Origin: an uncultured cyanobacterium
GTDB taxonomy: Bacteria; Cyanobacteriota; Cyanobacteriia; Cyanobacteriales; CAWCAG01
NCBI GenBank assembly: GCA_963803805.1
Contig: CAWDOD010000010.1
Coordinates: 64,001-128,000, forward strand
DNA length: 64,000 bases
Direction of reading: 5' to 3'
In this document: piece after piece, positions 44,340 to 55,970 of the stretch
Layout: each line of letters opens with the position of its first letter
Numbering within the stretch: the stretch's first letter is position 1
The notes under the pieces: model-generated
Seen by the model: only the letters and a program-made list of their open reading frames with translations
Database searches by the model: none
Told to the model about the DNA's origin: nothing
Program-made: the position numbers and the translations under genes

Positions 44340-44559
44340 CCGTTATAACTCCTTCACTAGGCAAAAGCATCTTTTTCGGCAAGTGCTTTGGCTTTTTGGT
44401 GCAAATACCACTTAAAGTTAATAATGGTTTTTAACTTGTAACTCCATGTTTTGGGTGTGTCTATCTAGGTTTTTATTCTCCAGGTTTGCGTCTTACCAGA
44501 TCATTTAGTTCAAAAAGCAAGCATAGTATAATAATTGCTGCTCCTTATAGCTATTTTAA

Positions 44560-45327
44560 ATGGGATCGCAAAATATTTTAGATATATTAGTTTTTTTAGC
44601 CTGGGGCTGTTTAATTCTTAAATCTTGGCTAACGGGGCAAATGAAGGATTTGATTCATCCTGATTATGTTTTACCCCTGGTTGTTTCAGGTTGTTTTTTG
44701 GTAGGAATTGCCCTATTAAAAGTAATTATTTGGTTTGTGCAGAGTCGCTTCGGTAGAAGGAGAGAAGGGAATGGGCAAGTAAGGCAAGTTAGTTGGGTTC
44801 CAGGGAAGTTAAGCAGTGTTTTTTTGTTAGGGATGGCGATCGCCAGTTTATTTATTGTCCCTCAATCCTTGGGCAGTGCAGCAGCCTTGGATCAAGGAGT
44901 GGAAGACTATTTAACCTTGACTCCTTCTCAACCCCCTTCAGGATATGTAGCTAAAAAGCCTGTGGAACGTTCCATTATGGACTGGCAAGAAATATTAAAT
45001 CAAAATCCTGAACCAGATATTTATACAGGACAGGAAGTCAAAGTTAAAGGATTTGTGGTACATTCGGCTCAACTAGATGAGGAATATATTTTGCTTTCCC
45101 GTTTAGTAATGACTTCTGGGGTAGCTGATACTTATCCCGTTGCCTTACCTGTAAATTTGGGAACTAATCGTCGGCAAGATTATCCTCCTGATACTTGGGT
45201 AGAAGTTGAAGGGGAAATGATGACCGAAGAATTTAATCAAACTCGTCAGATTGCGATCGCGGCTGATAATATAAGAAAAATTCCTTTACCAGAAAGTCCT
45301 TATGAAACTTCTTGGTCTTTAAGATAG
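44560..45327 (+). CDS. TIGR03943/DUF1980-like membrane protein
   Basis: Three TM helices, LIHP.Y, NPEPD.YTGQ.VKV.GFV and D.WVEVEG motifs. Confidence 0.8.
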   Translation: MGSQNILDILVFLAWGCLILKSWLTGQMKDLIHPDYVLPLVVSGCFLVGIALLKVIIWFVQSRFGRRREGNGQVRQVSWVPGKLSSVFLLGMAIASLFIVPQSLGSAAALDQGVEDYLTLTPSQPPSGYVAKKPVERSIMDWQEILNQNPEPDIYTGQEVKVKGFVVHSAQLDEEYILLSRLVMTSGVADTYPVALPVNLGTNRRQDYPPDTWVEVEGEMMTEEFNQTRQIAIAADNIRKIPLPESPYETSWSLR

Positions 45328-45347
45328 AGTATTTTACTCTTCACGCA

Positions 45348-46205
45348 ATGACAATCACTGTTTCACAAATTTGGATTTATCCTCTCAAATCTTGCCGAGG
45401 TATTTCTCTTCAACAAGCAGAAGTTACTCCTAAAGGTTTTAAGTGGGATAGGGAATTTATGTTTGTTGATGAGAATGGTCAATTCTTAAGTCAAAGAAAG
45501 TATCCGCAGTTGGCTAGGATTAAAGTAGCAATTGCTAACAATTGTCTTTCTTTAAAAGCAGAAAATAGTAACTTAGAAACCATACAATTACAACCTACTC
45601 TAGAAGGTAAAGAAATTGCTGTCACTATTTGGCGTAGTCATATAACCGCTATTGATCAAGGGAATGAGGTGGCTAATTGGTTACAGAAATTCCTCAATCA
45701 GAGTAAGAATTTTCGCTTAGTTAGGCAATCACCTCAATATCCTAGAGGTGTTAATTCTCAATACGCTGTTGCCAAAGGCAATTCAGTTAGTTTTGCTGAT
45801 GGCTATCCTTTTTTGTTAACAGCAACTGCTTCCTTGGCAGAATTAAATAAGAGAATTAAAGAGTATTATCAAAACGAACAACCACAGGTACAAATGAATA
45901 GGTTTCGTCCTAATCTTGTCATAGAAACCGAAGAAGCATTTATAGAAGGAAACTATCAAACTATTCAAATTGGTGAAGTGACTTTTGCTGCTGTAAAACC
46001 TTGCGATCGCTGCATAATTACTACTACAGATCAAGTGACCGGAAAGCGAAATAAACAACAAGAACCATTGAGAACATTAGGGACTTTTCGTAACTTTTCT
46101 ACTAAAGGGATTCTCTTCGGCGAAAACCTTATTCCTCACAACACAGGTACTATTAAAGTAGGGGAAGATGTTGCTTTTAGCGGTTTGATAAGTGCTAGTT
46201 GCTAA
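45348..46205 (+). CDS. MOSC-domain protein
   Basis: IYPLKSCRG, DREFM, FADGYPFLL, RFRPNLV and KPCDRC motifs. Confidence 0.9.
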   Translation: MTITVSQIWIYPLKSCRGISLQQAEVTPKGFKWDREFMFVDENGQFLSQRKYPQLARIKVAIANNCLSLKAENSNLETIQLQPTLEGKEIAVTIWRSHITAIDQGNEVANWLQKFLNQSKNFRLVRQSPQYPRGVNSQYAVAKGNSVSFADGYPFLLTATASLAELNKRIKEYYQNEQPQVQMNRFRPNLVIETEEAFIEGNYQTIQIGEVTFAAVKPCDRCIITTTDQVTGKRNKQQEPLRTLGTFRNFSTKGILFGENLIPHNTGTIKVGEDVAFSGLISASC

Positions 46206-46880
46206 TTGCTAGTTGTAATGTTTATTTGGGTTGGCTTGGGCTGTAAGTAAACCGAAGAAATACTATTATTATTTCCTGAACTTAATTTAACACCAGAACA
46301 AATATTTCAGTCTTGATTTAACGCCTAGTTAACCTCTGTTTCTTGAAATTGTGAAACAAAAGTAGATTGAGATCAATTAAGGTGTCACTAAAACAATTAT
46401 CCCGTGACGGCGAACACTGATCAAAACTTCCTTTTCAAAAACAAACTCGCTATAATCAGCAAGATCATCAATTCCAATTACGTTTAAAACAATTTCAGCC
46501 ACCAACCATATTGTTATTTTAATCAATGCCCTTTGCCAATTGTATTTGCTCACTTTCTTACTCCCTCAAATGATAGCCGGGGGTTTTGCATAGGAAAAAA
46601 AGAATTTTGACTATCCCCCTATATTTCTATTTCTCTTGCTTACTGTGCTAAAACTTGGTTATTCAGAAATCTTTACAAAGTTGTTGACCTGGAAACAAAA
46701 TAATCTTGCTAAAAGCTTACACACAAACTTATTTGGTGAACTGTGACTTCTATGAAGTTTTAAACAAGATTCTATGAAGATTCGATAAAATTCAAAATAA
46801 TTCTCAAATAGATAGTATTGTCTGAAATTAATTGTTTACCATGAACTTTTTATCATCTTTATTGCTTATTCATAACTGAA

Positions 46881-47372
46881 ATGATAATCCGCGATGCTAC
46901 AGAAGCAGACTTACCAACCATTGTCGAGATTTATAATGCAACGATTCCCAGTTACACCGTCACAGCAGATACAGAAGCTGTTTCTGTTATTAGTCGTTTA
47001 AGTTGGTTTAAAGATCATGATGCTAACCACCGCCCTATTTGGGTTAAGGAAAATGAGGAAGGTGAGATAATTGGTTGGTTAAGTTTCCAATCTTTTTATG
47101 GTCGTCCTGCTTATAAAAAGACTGTAGAATTAAGTATATATGTTGCTTCTGAGTATCGTTGCCAAGGAGTAGGTAAACAGCTTTTACAACGTGCTATTTA
47201 CCAAAGTCAGAGATTAGAAATCAACACTTTGTTAGGGTTTATTTTTGCTCACAATGAACCAAGCTTACGGTTATTCGAGAAGTTTAGTTTTAGTGAGTGG
47301 GGTTATTTGCCTAGAGTAGCTGATTTAGATGGGATTGAAAGAGATTTAGTGATTTTAGGCAGGCGTATTTAA
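46881..47372 (+). CDS. GNAT N-acetyltransferase (phosphinothricin acetyltransferase-like)
   Basis: IVEIYN, RPAY..TVELSIYV, QGVGKQLL and HNEPSL motifs. Confidence 0.9.
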   Translation: MIIRDATEADLPTIVEIYNATIPSYTVTADTEAVSVISRLSWFKDHDANHRPIWVKENEEGEIIGWLSFQSFYGRPAYKKTVELSIYVASEYRCQGVGKQLLQRAIYQSQRLEINTLLGFIFAHNEPSLRLFEKFSFSEWGYLPRVADLDGIERDLVILGRRI

Positions 47373-47388
47373 GTGAAGTTAAGTGAAG

Positions 47389-50196
47389 TTAAAAGTCATG
47401 TTTTGCTACTATTTGCTGATAAAAATCTTCTAAGCCTTGGATACAATTTTTATCATCAAAAAGGCGATTTTTGTGCTGATTAACTCTTTCTTGAATAGCT
47501 GCTCTCAACGCAGAATTTAATCCTAACTTAACTGCTATTTCTATGTATTTCTCTTCCGTTTTCGCAATAGTTTCTGTTACTTTAATCATCTTTAAAAAAC
47601 TATCTGTATGACGACCTCGCATAAATTCTGTAGGCAAAGTTACAATAGGAAGATTGCAGGCGATTGCTTCTAAACTAGTGTTGCCTCCTGACCAAGTTAT
47701 GGTATCTAAATAAATATCAGATAATAGGTTAATATTCAAGTAATTACTACGTCCAAGAATCTTACGGAAAAGACAATAATCTCCGTAGTCTAAATCTACT
47801 TTAGCGAAAGTACGTTTTAGTCTTGGCTTAAGTAATTCTCCTCGCAAGAAAAGAAATCTTGCTTGAGGGACACTCTGGGCAATGGCTGGGAAAATATAAT
47901 CGTATTGTGGTAAATATTTAAAAGGTGCTTGACAACATAAATAAATAACTGCTTCTTCTTCTAAATCATAATCTGCCCTAGTTTTACTAACAGGAGGAAT
48001 ATAAGGTTGAGGATAAGCAACACCAATATTAGGCAAACGAATTAGGTTTTCTGAATAATGTTCTTGAGCATTTTTTGCTTCCATTAACTCGCTAGATAAA
48101 AAGTAATCAATAGTTGGTAAACCAGTAGTTACAGGATGTCCCCAGGCTACACATTGTTTCGGGGCAAGGCGTAAACCCGCCATCGCCATTGTTGGGGCAT
48201 CCATGCCTATTTCTGGGTAAATAAGAATGTGGAGTTTATCATCAACTATTTGTTGACAAGTAGCTTCTAAATTATGGGGAATGTGGTGAAAAATATCGCT
48301 ATATTCTTTAAATTGTTCTGTCACCGCATCAGAGCTATTTCCTGTGTAGTAACAGTGGATGGTAAATTGATTGCGATCGCAATAGCGTAACCAACCTGTT
48401 AACCAAAGAGTACCACTGTAAGAATGCAAATAAGCAGAAACATAACCAATACGAATCTTCTGATTTTCTTGAACAGGAGGCGAAGTTTTTTCTTCTACCC
48501 ATTGGGGATAATTAGCCCCCATAATACGATGAACTAAATTACCATACTGAGTTTGTAATTCAACATCATTTTGTGTCTGATAAGCAAGGTAAAAATTAGT
48601 TAGACGGCTTACTCCTGCTAAAGCTTCTTGTTTTTGCTGTGGAGTTTCTAACTTGGTTTGTTCAATTAATTCCTGTAAACCACTAATATAGCGTTGTCGA
48701 TAATAACTGATATCTGTGGCTTTGTCATAAATACTTGGTAATAATAAGTACTTTAAAAGTTTAAAGGTATAATCATCTGGTAATAATTCGACAGCAGCTT
48801 CTGCTTTACTAATTGCTTCTTCAATATACCCTTGGACTCGCAAAGTATTTATAATAGTAAAATGCAATTTCCCGTCTCTAGGGTAGAGATTAATTCCTAA
48901 AGATAGTGCTTTAATAGCTTCGTTAACTTGTCCGATCTTAGCTAAACATTCATTTAAACGCCAATACAGTTCTGCGTCACCTATTTGAAAATCGAGGAGT
49001 TTTTGATATTCTTGGACTGCTTCTTGCCACTGTCCTTGCTGGAATAACTTGTTGCCTAAGTTAAAGAAAAAATCTCCTGCTCTAAACTTATTTAACTCAT
49101 TTACTGGACAGGAAGTAAACCACTCTGGCTTGAGGTTAAGTGATAATAAGTTTTGTGCTTCCCTTTCTCTAGTTCCTAAAACTATTTGAGTATGAACATG
49201 GAAAAGAAGTATTTGCCATTGATATGGCTCTAAATCTCTAACTTCAAGAATTTCTAGACTTTCTGTAACATCTATATTTTCTTCCATAAGAAGATTGAAG
49301 ACAACACTAGATAAAAATAGGTTTCCTTCTTCTTCTGCAATACCATCAGTATTTATTAGTAAACTAATTTGATTTTTGTCATAATGATTCGTGAGTATGA
49401 CAAAACATTGTTTTAATTGTAAATATAAATCTTCTTCAGACTGCGACCAATCAGGAAATACAATTAAATTAATTGGCTTTAAGTTAAAAGGTAATCCAGA
49501 GATTTCAACTGTTACTGAACTATTAACTTGAGATTCATCTTCTTCTGTGAAGATAACAGGACGAGAGAAATATTTTTGATACAAAGGTTGCATACTAGCA
49601 AAATGCCTAAACCTAATCGGTTCTTGGCAAGGATTTGTTAAATACTTATCGTAAGGTGAATATTCCCCTTTAACAAGGGTAACATTTAAGCAATTTGGCA
49701 AAATTTCTAGATGTTGTTCCTTCTCTTGTTCAGATAATTTATCAAGCACCTTAAGCACTGCTAGATTGTCTTGCAATTTGTGATTATCACAATCTTTTCT
49801 GTCCCAAACTGCTTGAAAAAATTCTTGGCTAAATTCATTAACTCTAACTACTATTACTCCACTATTAACATTGCCAGAAGAACTCTTGGCAAAAGAGATA
49901 CTTTTTGAGGTAGCTAACTCTATATCGCCCCTTACTATCACTATATCTGCATCCAAATAAACAATTAAATCTCCTGATTTTAGTTCTTTAAGCAATTTAA
50001 GAATGTAATGGATTTTTATCCAGTGAGGTGTTCTACCCTGAAGGTTTTCATATTCGCTAATCGCACGGTATTCAAAACCATAATATTGAGCATATTCTTG
50101 AAACCGAGGACTAGTCAGATGTTTAAATCTTCCTTCCCATAGTTCTACACCCACTGAAAAAAGAACTTTTTTAAAATTATGCTGATTGCTCACCAC
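47389..50196 (-). CDS. Multidomain glycosyltransferase: GT-A (DxD) + linker domain + TPR + SPINDLY/GT41-like O-GlcNAc transferase
   Basis: YLDAD and NSGV motifs, TPRs, IRIGYVS, RLAP.Q..WGHPVTTGLPTIDY and WSGGNTSLEA. Confidence 0.85.
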   Translation of the reverse strand: MVSNQHNFKKVLFSVGVELWEGRFKHLTSPRFQEYAQYYGFEYRAISEYENLQGRTPHWIKIHYILKLLKELKSGDLIVYLDADIVIVRGDIELATSKSISFAKSSSGNVNSGVIVVRVNEFSQEFFQAVWDRKDCDNHKLQDNLAVLKVLDKLSEQEKEQHLEILPNCLNVTLVKGEYSPYDKYLTNPCQEPIRFRHFASMQPLYQKYFSRPVIFTEEDESQVNSSVTVEISGLPFNLKPINLIVFPDWSQSEEDLYLQLKQCFVILTNHYDKNQISLLINTDGIAEEEGNLFLSSVVFNLLMEENIDVTESLEILEVRDLEPYQWQILLFHVHTQIVLGTREREAQNLLSLNLKPEWFTSCPVNELNKFRAGDFFFNLGNKLFQQGQWQEAVQEYQKLLDFQIGDAELYWRLNECLAKIGQVNEAIKALSLGINLYPRDGKLHFTIINTLRVQGYIEEAISKAEAAVELLPDDYTFKLLKYLLLPSIYDKATDISYYRQRYISGLQELIEQTKLETPQQKQEALAGVSRLTNFYLAYQTQNDVELQTQYGNLVHRIMGANYPQWVEEKTSPPVQENQKIRIGYVSAYLHSYSGTLWLTGWLRYCDRNQFTIHCYYTGNSSDAVTEQFKEYSDIFHHIPHNLEATCQQIVDDKLHILIYPEIGMDAPTMAMAGLRLAPKQCVAWGHPVTTGLPTIDYFLSSELMEAKNAQEHYSENLIRLPNIGVAYPQPYIPPVSKTRADYDLEEEAVIYLCCQAPFKYLPQYDYIFPAIAQSVPQARFLFLRGELLKPRLKRTFAKVDLDYGDYCLFRKILGRSNYLNINLLSDIYLDTITWSGGNTSLEAIACNLPIVTLPTEFMRGRHTDSFLKMIKVTETIAKTEEKYIEIAVKLGLNSALRAAIQERVNQHKNRLFDDKNCIQGLEDFYQQIVAKHDF

Positions 50197-50212
50197 TAAA
50201 AGCTACCGTCAA

Positions 50213-52745
50213 TTATTTGTTTGTAATTAAATTAGTAATTTGCTTTATTTCCCAACTAGGAATTTGAGTTATTTCTTCTTGTATATTTACAACTTCACTT
50301 TCTTGTTTTAAGCTAATTCTAGCTTGAAGACGAGGTAAGAGAAATTGCCATTGTAAAGAACTTAGTTTACCTACAGGAACAATTTCTGCTCCTTCACTAA
50401 TATCTAATTCTTCTTCCATAAAGAGATTCATAGCAACTCCAGATAACAAAAGATTAGCATCTTCTTGATCACTATCTGCGGCATAGACTAATAAAGTAAT
50501 ATCTTTATTATCCGGATGAGTTGCGATCGCTTTTAATACTTCTGCTAATTCTAAGCCTAATTCTTCTTCTGGCTGCGACCAATCTGGGAATATAATTAAA
50601 TTAACATCGTTAAGATTTAAAGGTAAAAGTGTAGCTGCAATTAGAGCAGAACTTACTTTGTCCGCCATTGTTGACCAAGAAAAATTCTTAGCTTGGGTAA
50701 TACCTTGATTAGTCAAAGAATTTCTTACCGCAGGTTTCTGCACTTCACAAAGAGCATTTGCCATCTCTTCAATGTTATTTGCATCAACATAAATAGCCGC
50801 TTCACCAGCAACTTCAGGAATCGAAGCATTAGGACAAGTAATCACCGGACAACCACAAGCCATGGCTTCTACAATTGGTAAACCGAAACCTTCATATTTA
50901 GAAGGATAAACCAAAGCAACTGCAGCACTATAAGCTAACCTTAATTCTTCATCGGTAAGTTGCAACATATGAACAGTAGTTCCAGCAGTTAAATCTCTTA
51001 ACTCTGATGGTAGAAATCCTCCACTTCCTGTACAAACTATCTCAAAACCTTGCTTACTAATTAGTTGGTTAAAAGCTTGGAAAAATAGAGGTGCATTCTT
51101 ATAACTACTAGCTATACCTACTGCCATAAAATAAGGTTTGTTGATGCCGTATTTAGCTTTAAAACTATTAATTTCTGCTAAACTTGCTGGAGAAAAATTA
51201 CTATCAACTCCACAATGAGCTACAGTTATTAATTCTGAAGGTATATCGGGAAAACACTTTGCTAAATCAACTGCTGTATTTTCAGAAATAGTAATATAAC
51301 TTGAAGCGTGTTCGATTCCCTTATGTTTCTCTTTCCACATTGGTTCTTCAAAATTAGCCCCTAATACTTCAGGAATCATGTCATAAGCCATAAATACTGA
51401 AGGGGTAGAAACAGGAGTTGTATAGTAAGTTGAAATAAATAAATCTGCACCTTCTTCATCGCAGATTTGTTGCAATTTCTCTCTATCAACATCAGTTTTA
51501 TAATAATTATAGGGTGGAAACATACGATACTTCACACCAGGAATTTTAGGAGATGTTCCTAAGCAATCTATAACTACAATATGATGAATAAAGTTAGTAC
51601 TTTTCCACGCTTCTAGTAAAGATTTCCAAACTCTGGAAATTCCTGTGCTATAAAGCTGAAAAAAGACACCATCTATAATTATTGTTGGTTGAGGATGAGG
51701 TTTGAATAAGTTTTCAAGATAATTTTTAATCAAGTAAGCATCTTGCTGAGGCTTGTAAAGTAAATCAGATGTTAAGTCTGTAGTATAGTGGCAATCAATA
51801 AATTTTAAGCCCTGTGCAGAAAAAAGCAAATTCCAAGGACGCACATCTGCTACATTTTCTTGCTTATCAAGATAGTTAAATTGTTTTTCTATTTGGTTGA
51901 GTAAACTATCTTTATTTGGAAATAAAATTCTACCAATTTTAGCAATGTCATAAAGTAAACAGCCTGGTTCTAAATCTATACTTTTATTTAAGTGAGTTTT
52001 GTAAAGGGTAGCTTTCCCTTCATCACTCTTAAGCAAATAATGTCTTGGTTGTAAAGGATAGTCAATATAAGGAAAAAAAGCTTCTCTGTAATAATTTGGT
52101 GTATTTGCATAGTAAAAAGACCTAGTTAAATTAGTATCACAATGAGTACTTGCTTCATAATCTAATTTATTAAACTCAGGCTTAACTATACTCAGTTTAT
52201 CTATAGTTAGTTGTTCTCTAATGATATCTTTACCACATACATCTGATTCCTGTGGATGAGGCATTTCGATTAAAAGTGATCGCGAAATTTTGCTCACTTC
52301 TGTTAGAAAATTCCTAGCATCATCCATATGATGTAGAACTGACAAAAGTAAAGTCATATCAAAGTAATCGCAAGCTAGAGATGCTTTTTTTAACCAATCT
52401 ACTGTAACTGCCGAGTTGAATCAAAACAACATTTTCTAAACCTTCTTGAATCAATAACTCTTTTTGTAAGTAGGCGTAGTTAGGATTAGATTCAATACTT
52501 AAGAAAACATTTTGAGGAAAAAGCTTAGCTAATTGAATAGTAAAAAAACCCACGTTGGAACCAATATCTAATATTGTTTGCTTAGGTTTAATGTAATGCT
52601 TAATTACTTCGAGTCTTTCCCAATCATTTTTCCTAACTCCTTGTCTAATCAACTTATCTTTCAAATAAATGGATTGGTAGACTTCTGGTAACTTCTCAAT
52701 CAATCTGCTAAGTTTATCTAGATTTTTAGAAATGCTCATTATCAA
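50213..52745 (-). CDS. SAM-methyltransferase + GT4 glycosyltransferase fusion, split by a frameshift near 52420
   Basis: LDIGSNVGFF in the first ORF. The alternative frame reads SAVTVDWLKKASLACDYFD straight into MTLLLSVLHH. The GT4 motif YPSKYEGFGLPIVEAMACG follows. Confidence 0.82.
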
Positions 52746-52760
52746 TTTAAAGACTATATT

Positions 52761-53279
52761 TTAGCGATCGCTCCCTTCCTCACCTTGCCCTTGCACCTCC
52801 TTAAGCTGAGCCAAAAGCTGCTTTAACTTTTCTTGCTCCGGATTTAACTCAACTAACTTTTCCAACGGTTGTACAGCCTTCTGAGGTTCATTGGTTTGTA
52901 AATAAACTTCTACCAAACCTTGGAGGGCAAATTGATTTTCAGGATTTTTCTCCAACGCTCTTTTTAAAGGTGCGATCGCCCCTGGAGCATCTTTCATTGC
53001 CATTTTGGTTTCCACCAAACCTTTAAGGGCAAACTCATTCTCTGGTTCCCTTGCTAAAACATTCTCAAATCCTTCTGCTTGTTGGGCTAATGTCTCATCT
53101 ACATCTACTTCCTGATTAGCTGTTGATTCTGGTGCTTCGGAATCGTTAGTAAAAAGACTACCAAGGGTAAAAAAGGTCGTGCCAATAAAAGCGAAACCGG
53201 ATAAGATAATCAAAATTCTTGTGATTAGTTTCTTTTCAGACTTAGATTTAGACATGGTTAGCTTGAGGCAAGAAGACAA
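52761..53279 (-). CDS. Membrane-anchored TPR protein
   Basis: N-terminal TM helix and two PEN.FAL.GLVE repeats. Confidence 0.85.
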   Translation of the reverse strand: MSSCLKLTMSKSKSEKKLITRILIILSGFAFIGTTFFTLGSLFTNDSEAPESTANQEVDVDETLAQQAEGFENVLAREPENEFALKGLVETKMAMKDAPGAIAPLKRALEKNPENQFALQGLVEVYLQTNEPQKAVQPLEKLVELNPEQEKLKQLLAQLKEVQGQGEEGSDR

Positions 53280-53374
53280 AGAGAGCTATGTTTAAAGTTA
53301 CCCAGTTTAAGCTCAGCAACGATCTTTACTTCTGGGTAAACTTGATTACATCGCTACTTTAACAAAGTTGAACC

Positions 53375-54172
53375 ATGAGCGTGCAAGCACGTCCTAATTT
53401 TCTTCAATATCTCTGGCTCTGTTTACTTATTCTCTCCGGTATAGTCGCCATTAGCGTATTACAAATGCCGCGTTTGAATAACCTTAAGCAAGATGAAAAC
53501 CTCTCTCCAGAAACTGCTCAAAAAGAAGTAGAGTCAAGCAAAGCTAGCCTCAATCTGCTAAAAAAATTTCCTGCTTTTGGGTTTGAAAACTTAGTAGCTG
53601 ATTGGGTATTTATTGAATTTTTAGAGTATTTTGGCGATGATGAAGCTAGACAACTTACAGATTATCGCCTTAGCCCAGAGTATTTTGAAATTATTGTTGA
53701 TCGTGATCCTCGTTTCTTAGATATCTATCCCTTTCTTTCTGCTAGCACTTCCATTTATGCAGGGCAACCAGAACGTAGTATTAAATTAATAGAACAGGGC
53801 TTAAAATCTCTTAATCCTCATGTTCAAAGTCGCTCTTACTATGTTTGGCGTTATAAAGCAACAGATGAGTTACTATTCTTAGGAGATCCTCAAGCTGCCC
53901 GCCAATCTTTCCAAAAAGCTGCTGAATGGGCAAGCATTCACCCCGATGAAGAAAGTCAACAAGTAGCCCAAGTTTCTCGCCAAACTGCTCAATTTTTAGA
54001 GAATAATCCTGATAGTAAATCAGCCCAAGTTAGTGCTTGGGGGATGGTTTTGCAAAATGCTGTAGACAAAGAAACTCGCGAAGCTGCGGTGCGACGCATT
54101 GAAGAATTGGGAGGTAAAGTAACTGTTTCTGATGAAGGAATAGTTAATGTACAGTTGCCAGAGCAAGATTGA
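53375..54172 (+). CDS. Conserved hypothetical membrane-anchored helical protein
   Basis: 265 aa with an N-terminal TM helix and FGFENLVADW..FLEYFGD. Confidence 0.7.
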   Translation: MSVQARPNFLQYLWLCLLILSGIVAISVLQMPRLNNLKQDENLSPETAQKEVESSKASLNLLKKFPAFGFENLVADWVFIEFLEYFGDDEARQLTDYRLSPEYFEIIVDRDPRFLDIYPFLSASTSIYAGQPERSIKLIEQGLKSLNPHVQSRSYYVWRYKATDELLFLGDPQAARQSFQKAAEWASIHPDEESQQVAQVSRQTAQFLENNPDSKSAQVSAWGMVLQNAVDKETREAAVRRIEELGGKVTVSDEGIVNVQLPEQD

Positions 54173-55785
54173 AGTCGGAAAATGATGCTTTTTACTTCTT
54201 TTATCAGAATCTAATTCTTTTTCAGGGATGCCTTATGGACAAGTTGTTAGCTAAGTATAGAAAGTTATTCTTATATACTTTTTGCCTATTTATTATTATA
54301 TGCTTTGTCAGCTTGGTTGTTTTAAATACAACTAACAATGCCTTCGTAGACCATGTTGAAGGAAACGTAACAGCAGTTTCATGGTTACTACAAACTGGCA
54401 ACTATCCTCTCTACCATTCTGTAGACTCAACTGAGTATTATAACCTTTTCTTTGGCCCAGCATTTTATCTTATAGAAATACTATTTTTGAAAGTTTCTAA
54501 CCCAAGTATTTATGCAGCTAAATTTCCTATTTCTTTAGCTTTAATACTAAGTATATTTTTTCTATTTTTGTTAGTTTATAAACTAGTTAATTTTCAAATG
54601 GCTATAATTACAACTGCTTATATAACTCTTGTGATTATCTGTTTTGGAAATCTATACGGTAATGTTATCTTTAAAATCAGACCAGATTCTTTGATTTTAA
54701 TGTTAACTTGCTTATTGACATTAATAATAGTTACTAAGCCAGGAAAGTCAAGCATAGTAGCTGCCATTTTGACTATAGCTATTTGTGTAAACTTAAAATT
54801 CACTTCAATAATATACTTTCTCCCCTTGCTCTATGTTATTTATAGTCAGCAAGGCTTTTTTTCTTTATTAATATCTTTGTTTGGAGCAACATTTTTAACT
54901 TTACTGCCATTTGTCCATCCTAAAATTTCATTATTTAATTATTTAGCTTGGATAAAGATAATTAGTAATCATGGTCTAGACATAAACTTAATTAAAGAAA
55001 GCTTGATTTGGGCTTTATATCTAGTTTTTCCTTTGATTATTTTGATATTCCAGTTATACTTGCTTAACACTAATGAATTAAAAAAAATTTTTTTTAGTAA
55101 ATATCGATATCATCTGCTTTTACTATCAGTAAGTATCTTGATAATATCCTTAGCTACGGCTAAACCTGGCTCAGGTAAACATCATTTGATTCCTTTTATA
55201 CCGTCAATACTCTATATTTATATTCTTTTTTTGAGAAAAACTTTTTCTGTTTATTCAAGTTATAAAAAAAGAAAGTCTAATTTAATTAGATCAAACATTG
55301 CTTACTTGATTTCGGCACTTGTTTTTATCTTTACTTTCTATCATGGAGGGGTAAAAGGAGTAATATTATGGGAAAAAATTAGCATATCAGGTTCTAAAAT
55401 AGTTGCTGACATAGAAAAAATAATTGAGCGTTACCCAAACACAAATATAGAAATGGGATATGGAGAAAATACAGGCTATCCCTTAACCTACTATCGCCCC
55501 ATTTTAGTTTTTCATGGTAATCCTTATCTGATTGATGCTAATGCCTTAATGGATATGAGAAAAGCAGGGATAGATATCAATAATAAAACTATTGAAGTAC
55601 TAGACTCTTGCAGCACAAAAATTTGGCTAATTCCCAAAGATAATCAACCTTTTGCGCAACCTAGCTACTACGATAATAGTCCCCCTCTATTTAACAAAAA
55701 ATTTAAACAAGTTTTTTTCAACAAATATCGACTTCAGGAGCAAAGTGAGTTTTTTGATCTCTGGTTTTGTCAGCAGGATGTTTAG
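54169..55785 (+). CDS. AT-rich polytopic membrane protein (GT-C/ArnT-like)
   Basis: About 10 or more TM segments and an RPD motif. The real start may be the ATG at 54235. Confidence 0.6.
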   Translation: MKSENDAFYFFYQNLILFQGCLMDKLLAKYRKLFLYTFCLFIIICFVSLVVLNTTNNAFVDHVEGNVTAVSWLLQTGNYPLYHSVDSTEYYNLFFGPAFYLIEILFLKVSNPSIYAAKFPISLALILSIFFLFLLVYKLVNFQMAIITTAYITLVIICFGNLYGNVIFKIRPDSLILMLTCLLTLIIVTKPGKSSIVAAILTIAICVNLKFTSIIYFLPLLYVIYSQQGFFSLLISLFGATFLTLLPFVHPKISLFNYLAWIKIISNHGLDINLIKESLIWALYLVFPLIILIFQLYLLNTNELKKIFFSKYRYHLLLLSVSILIISLATAKPGSGKHHLIPFIPSILYIYILFLRKTFSVYSSYKKRKSNLIRSNIAYLISALVFIFTFYHGGVKGVILWEKISISGSKIVADIEKIIERYPNTNIEMGYGENTGYPLTYYRPILVFHGNPYLIDANALMDMRKAGIDINNKTIEVLDSCSTKIWLIPKDNQPFAQPSYYDNSPPLFNKKFKQVFFNKYRLQEQSEFFDLWFCQQDV

Positions 55786-55830
55786 CCTTGTGCATCAAAT
55801 TGTTTCATATTAAATAAATGAGCAACTAAC

Positions 55831-55957
55831 TACAGGAATCCAAAGGGAAGTTTAATTCAGGTTAAGAGTGAAGAGGCTGCTGATGCTAAACGAAGAGCAG
55901 CACTTTTAGAGGCACGGTTGAGGGATTCTAGGAGTAGATCCAGGGGAATTAAGCTAG
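55831..55957 (+). pseudogene. Remnant resembling a Uma2-family C-terminal tail
   Basis: YRNPKGSLIQVKSEEAADAKRRAALLEARLRD, then with a 1-nt shift LGVDPGELS*. An in-frame stop lies upstream and there is no start codon. Confidence 0.45.
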
Positions 55958-55970
55958 AGCATACTTGAAA

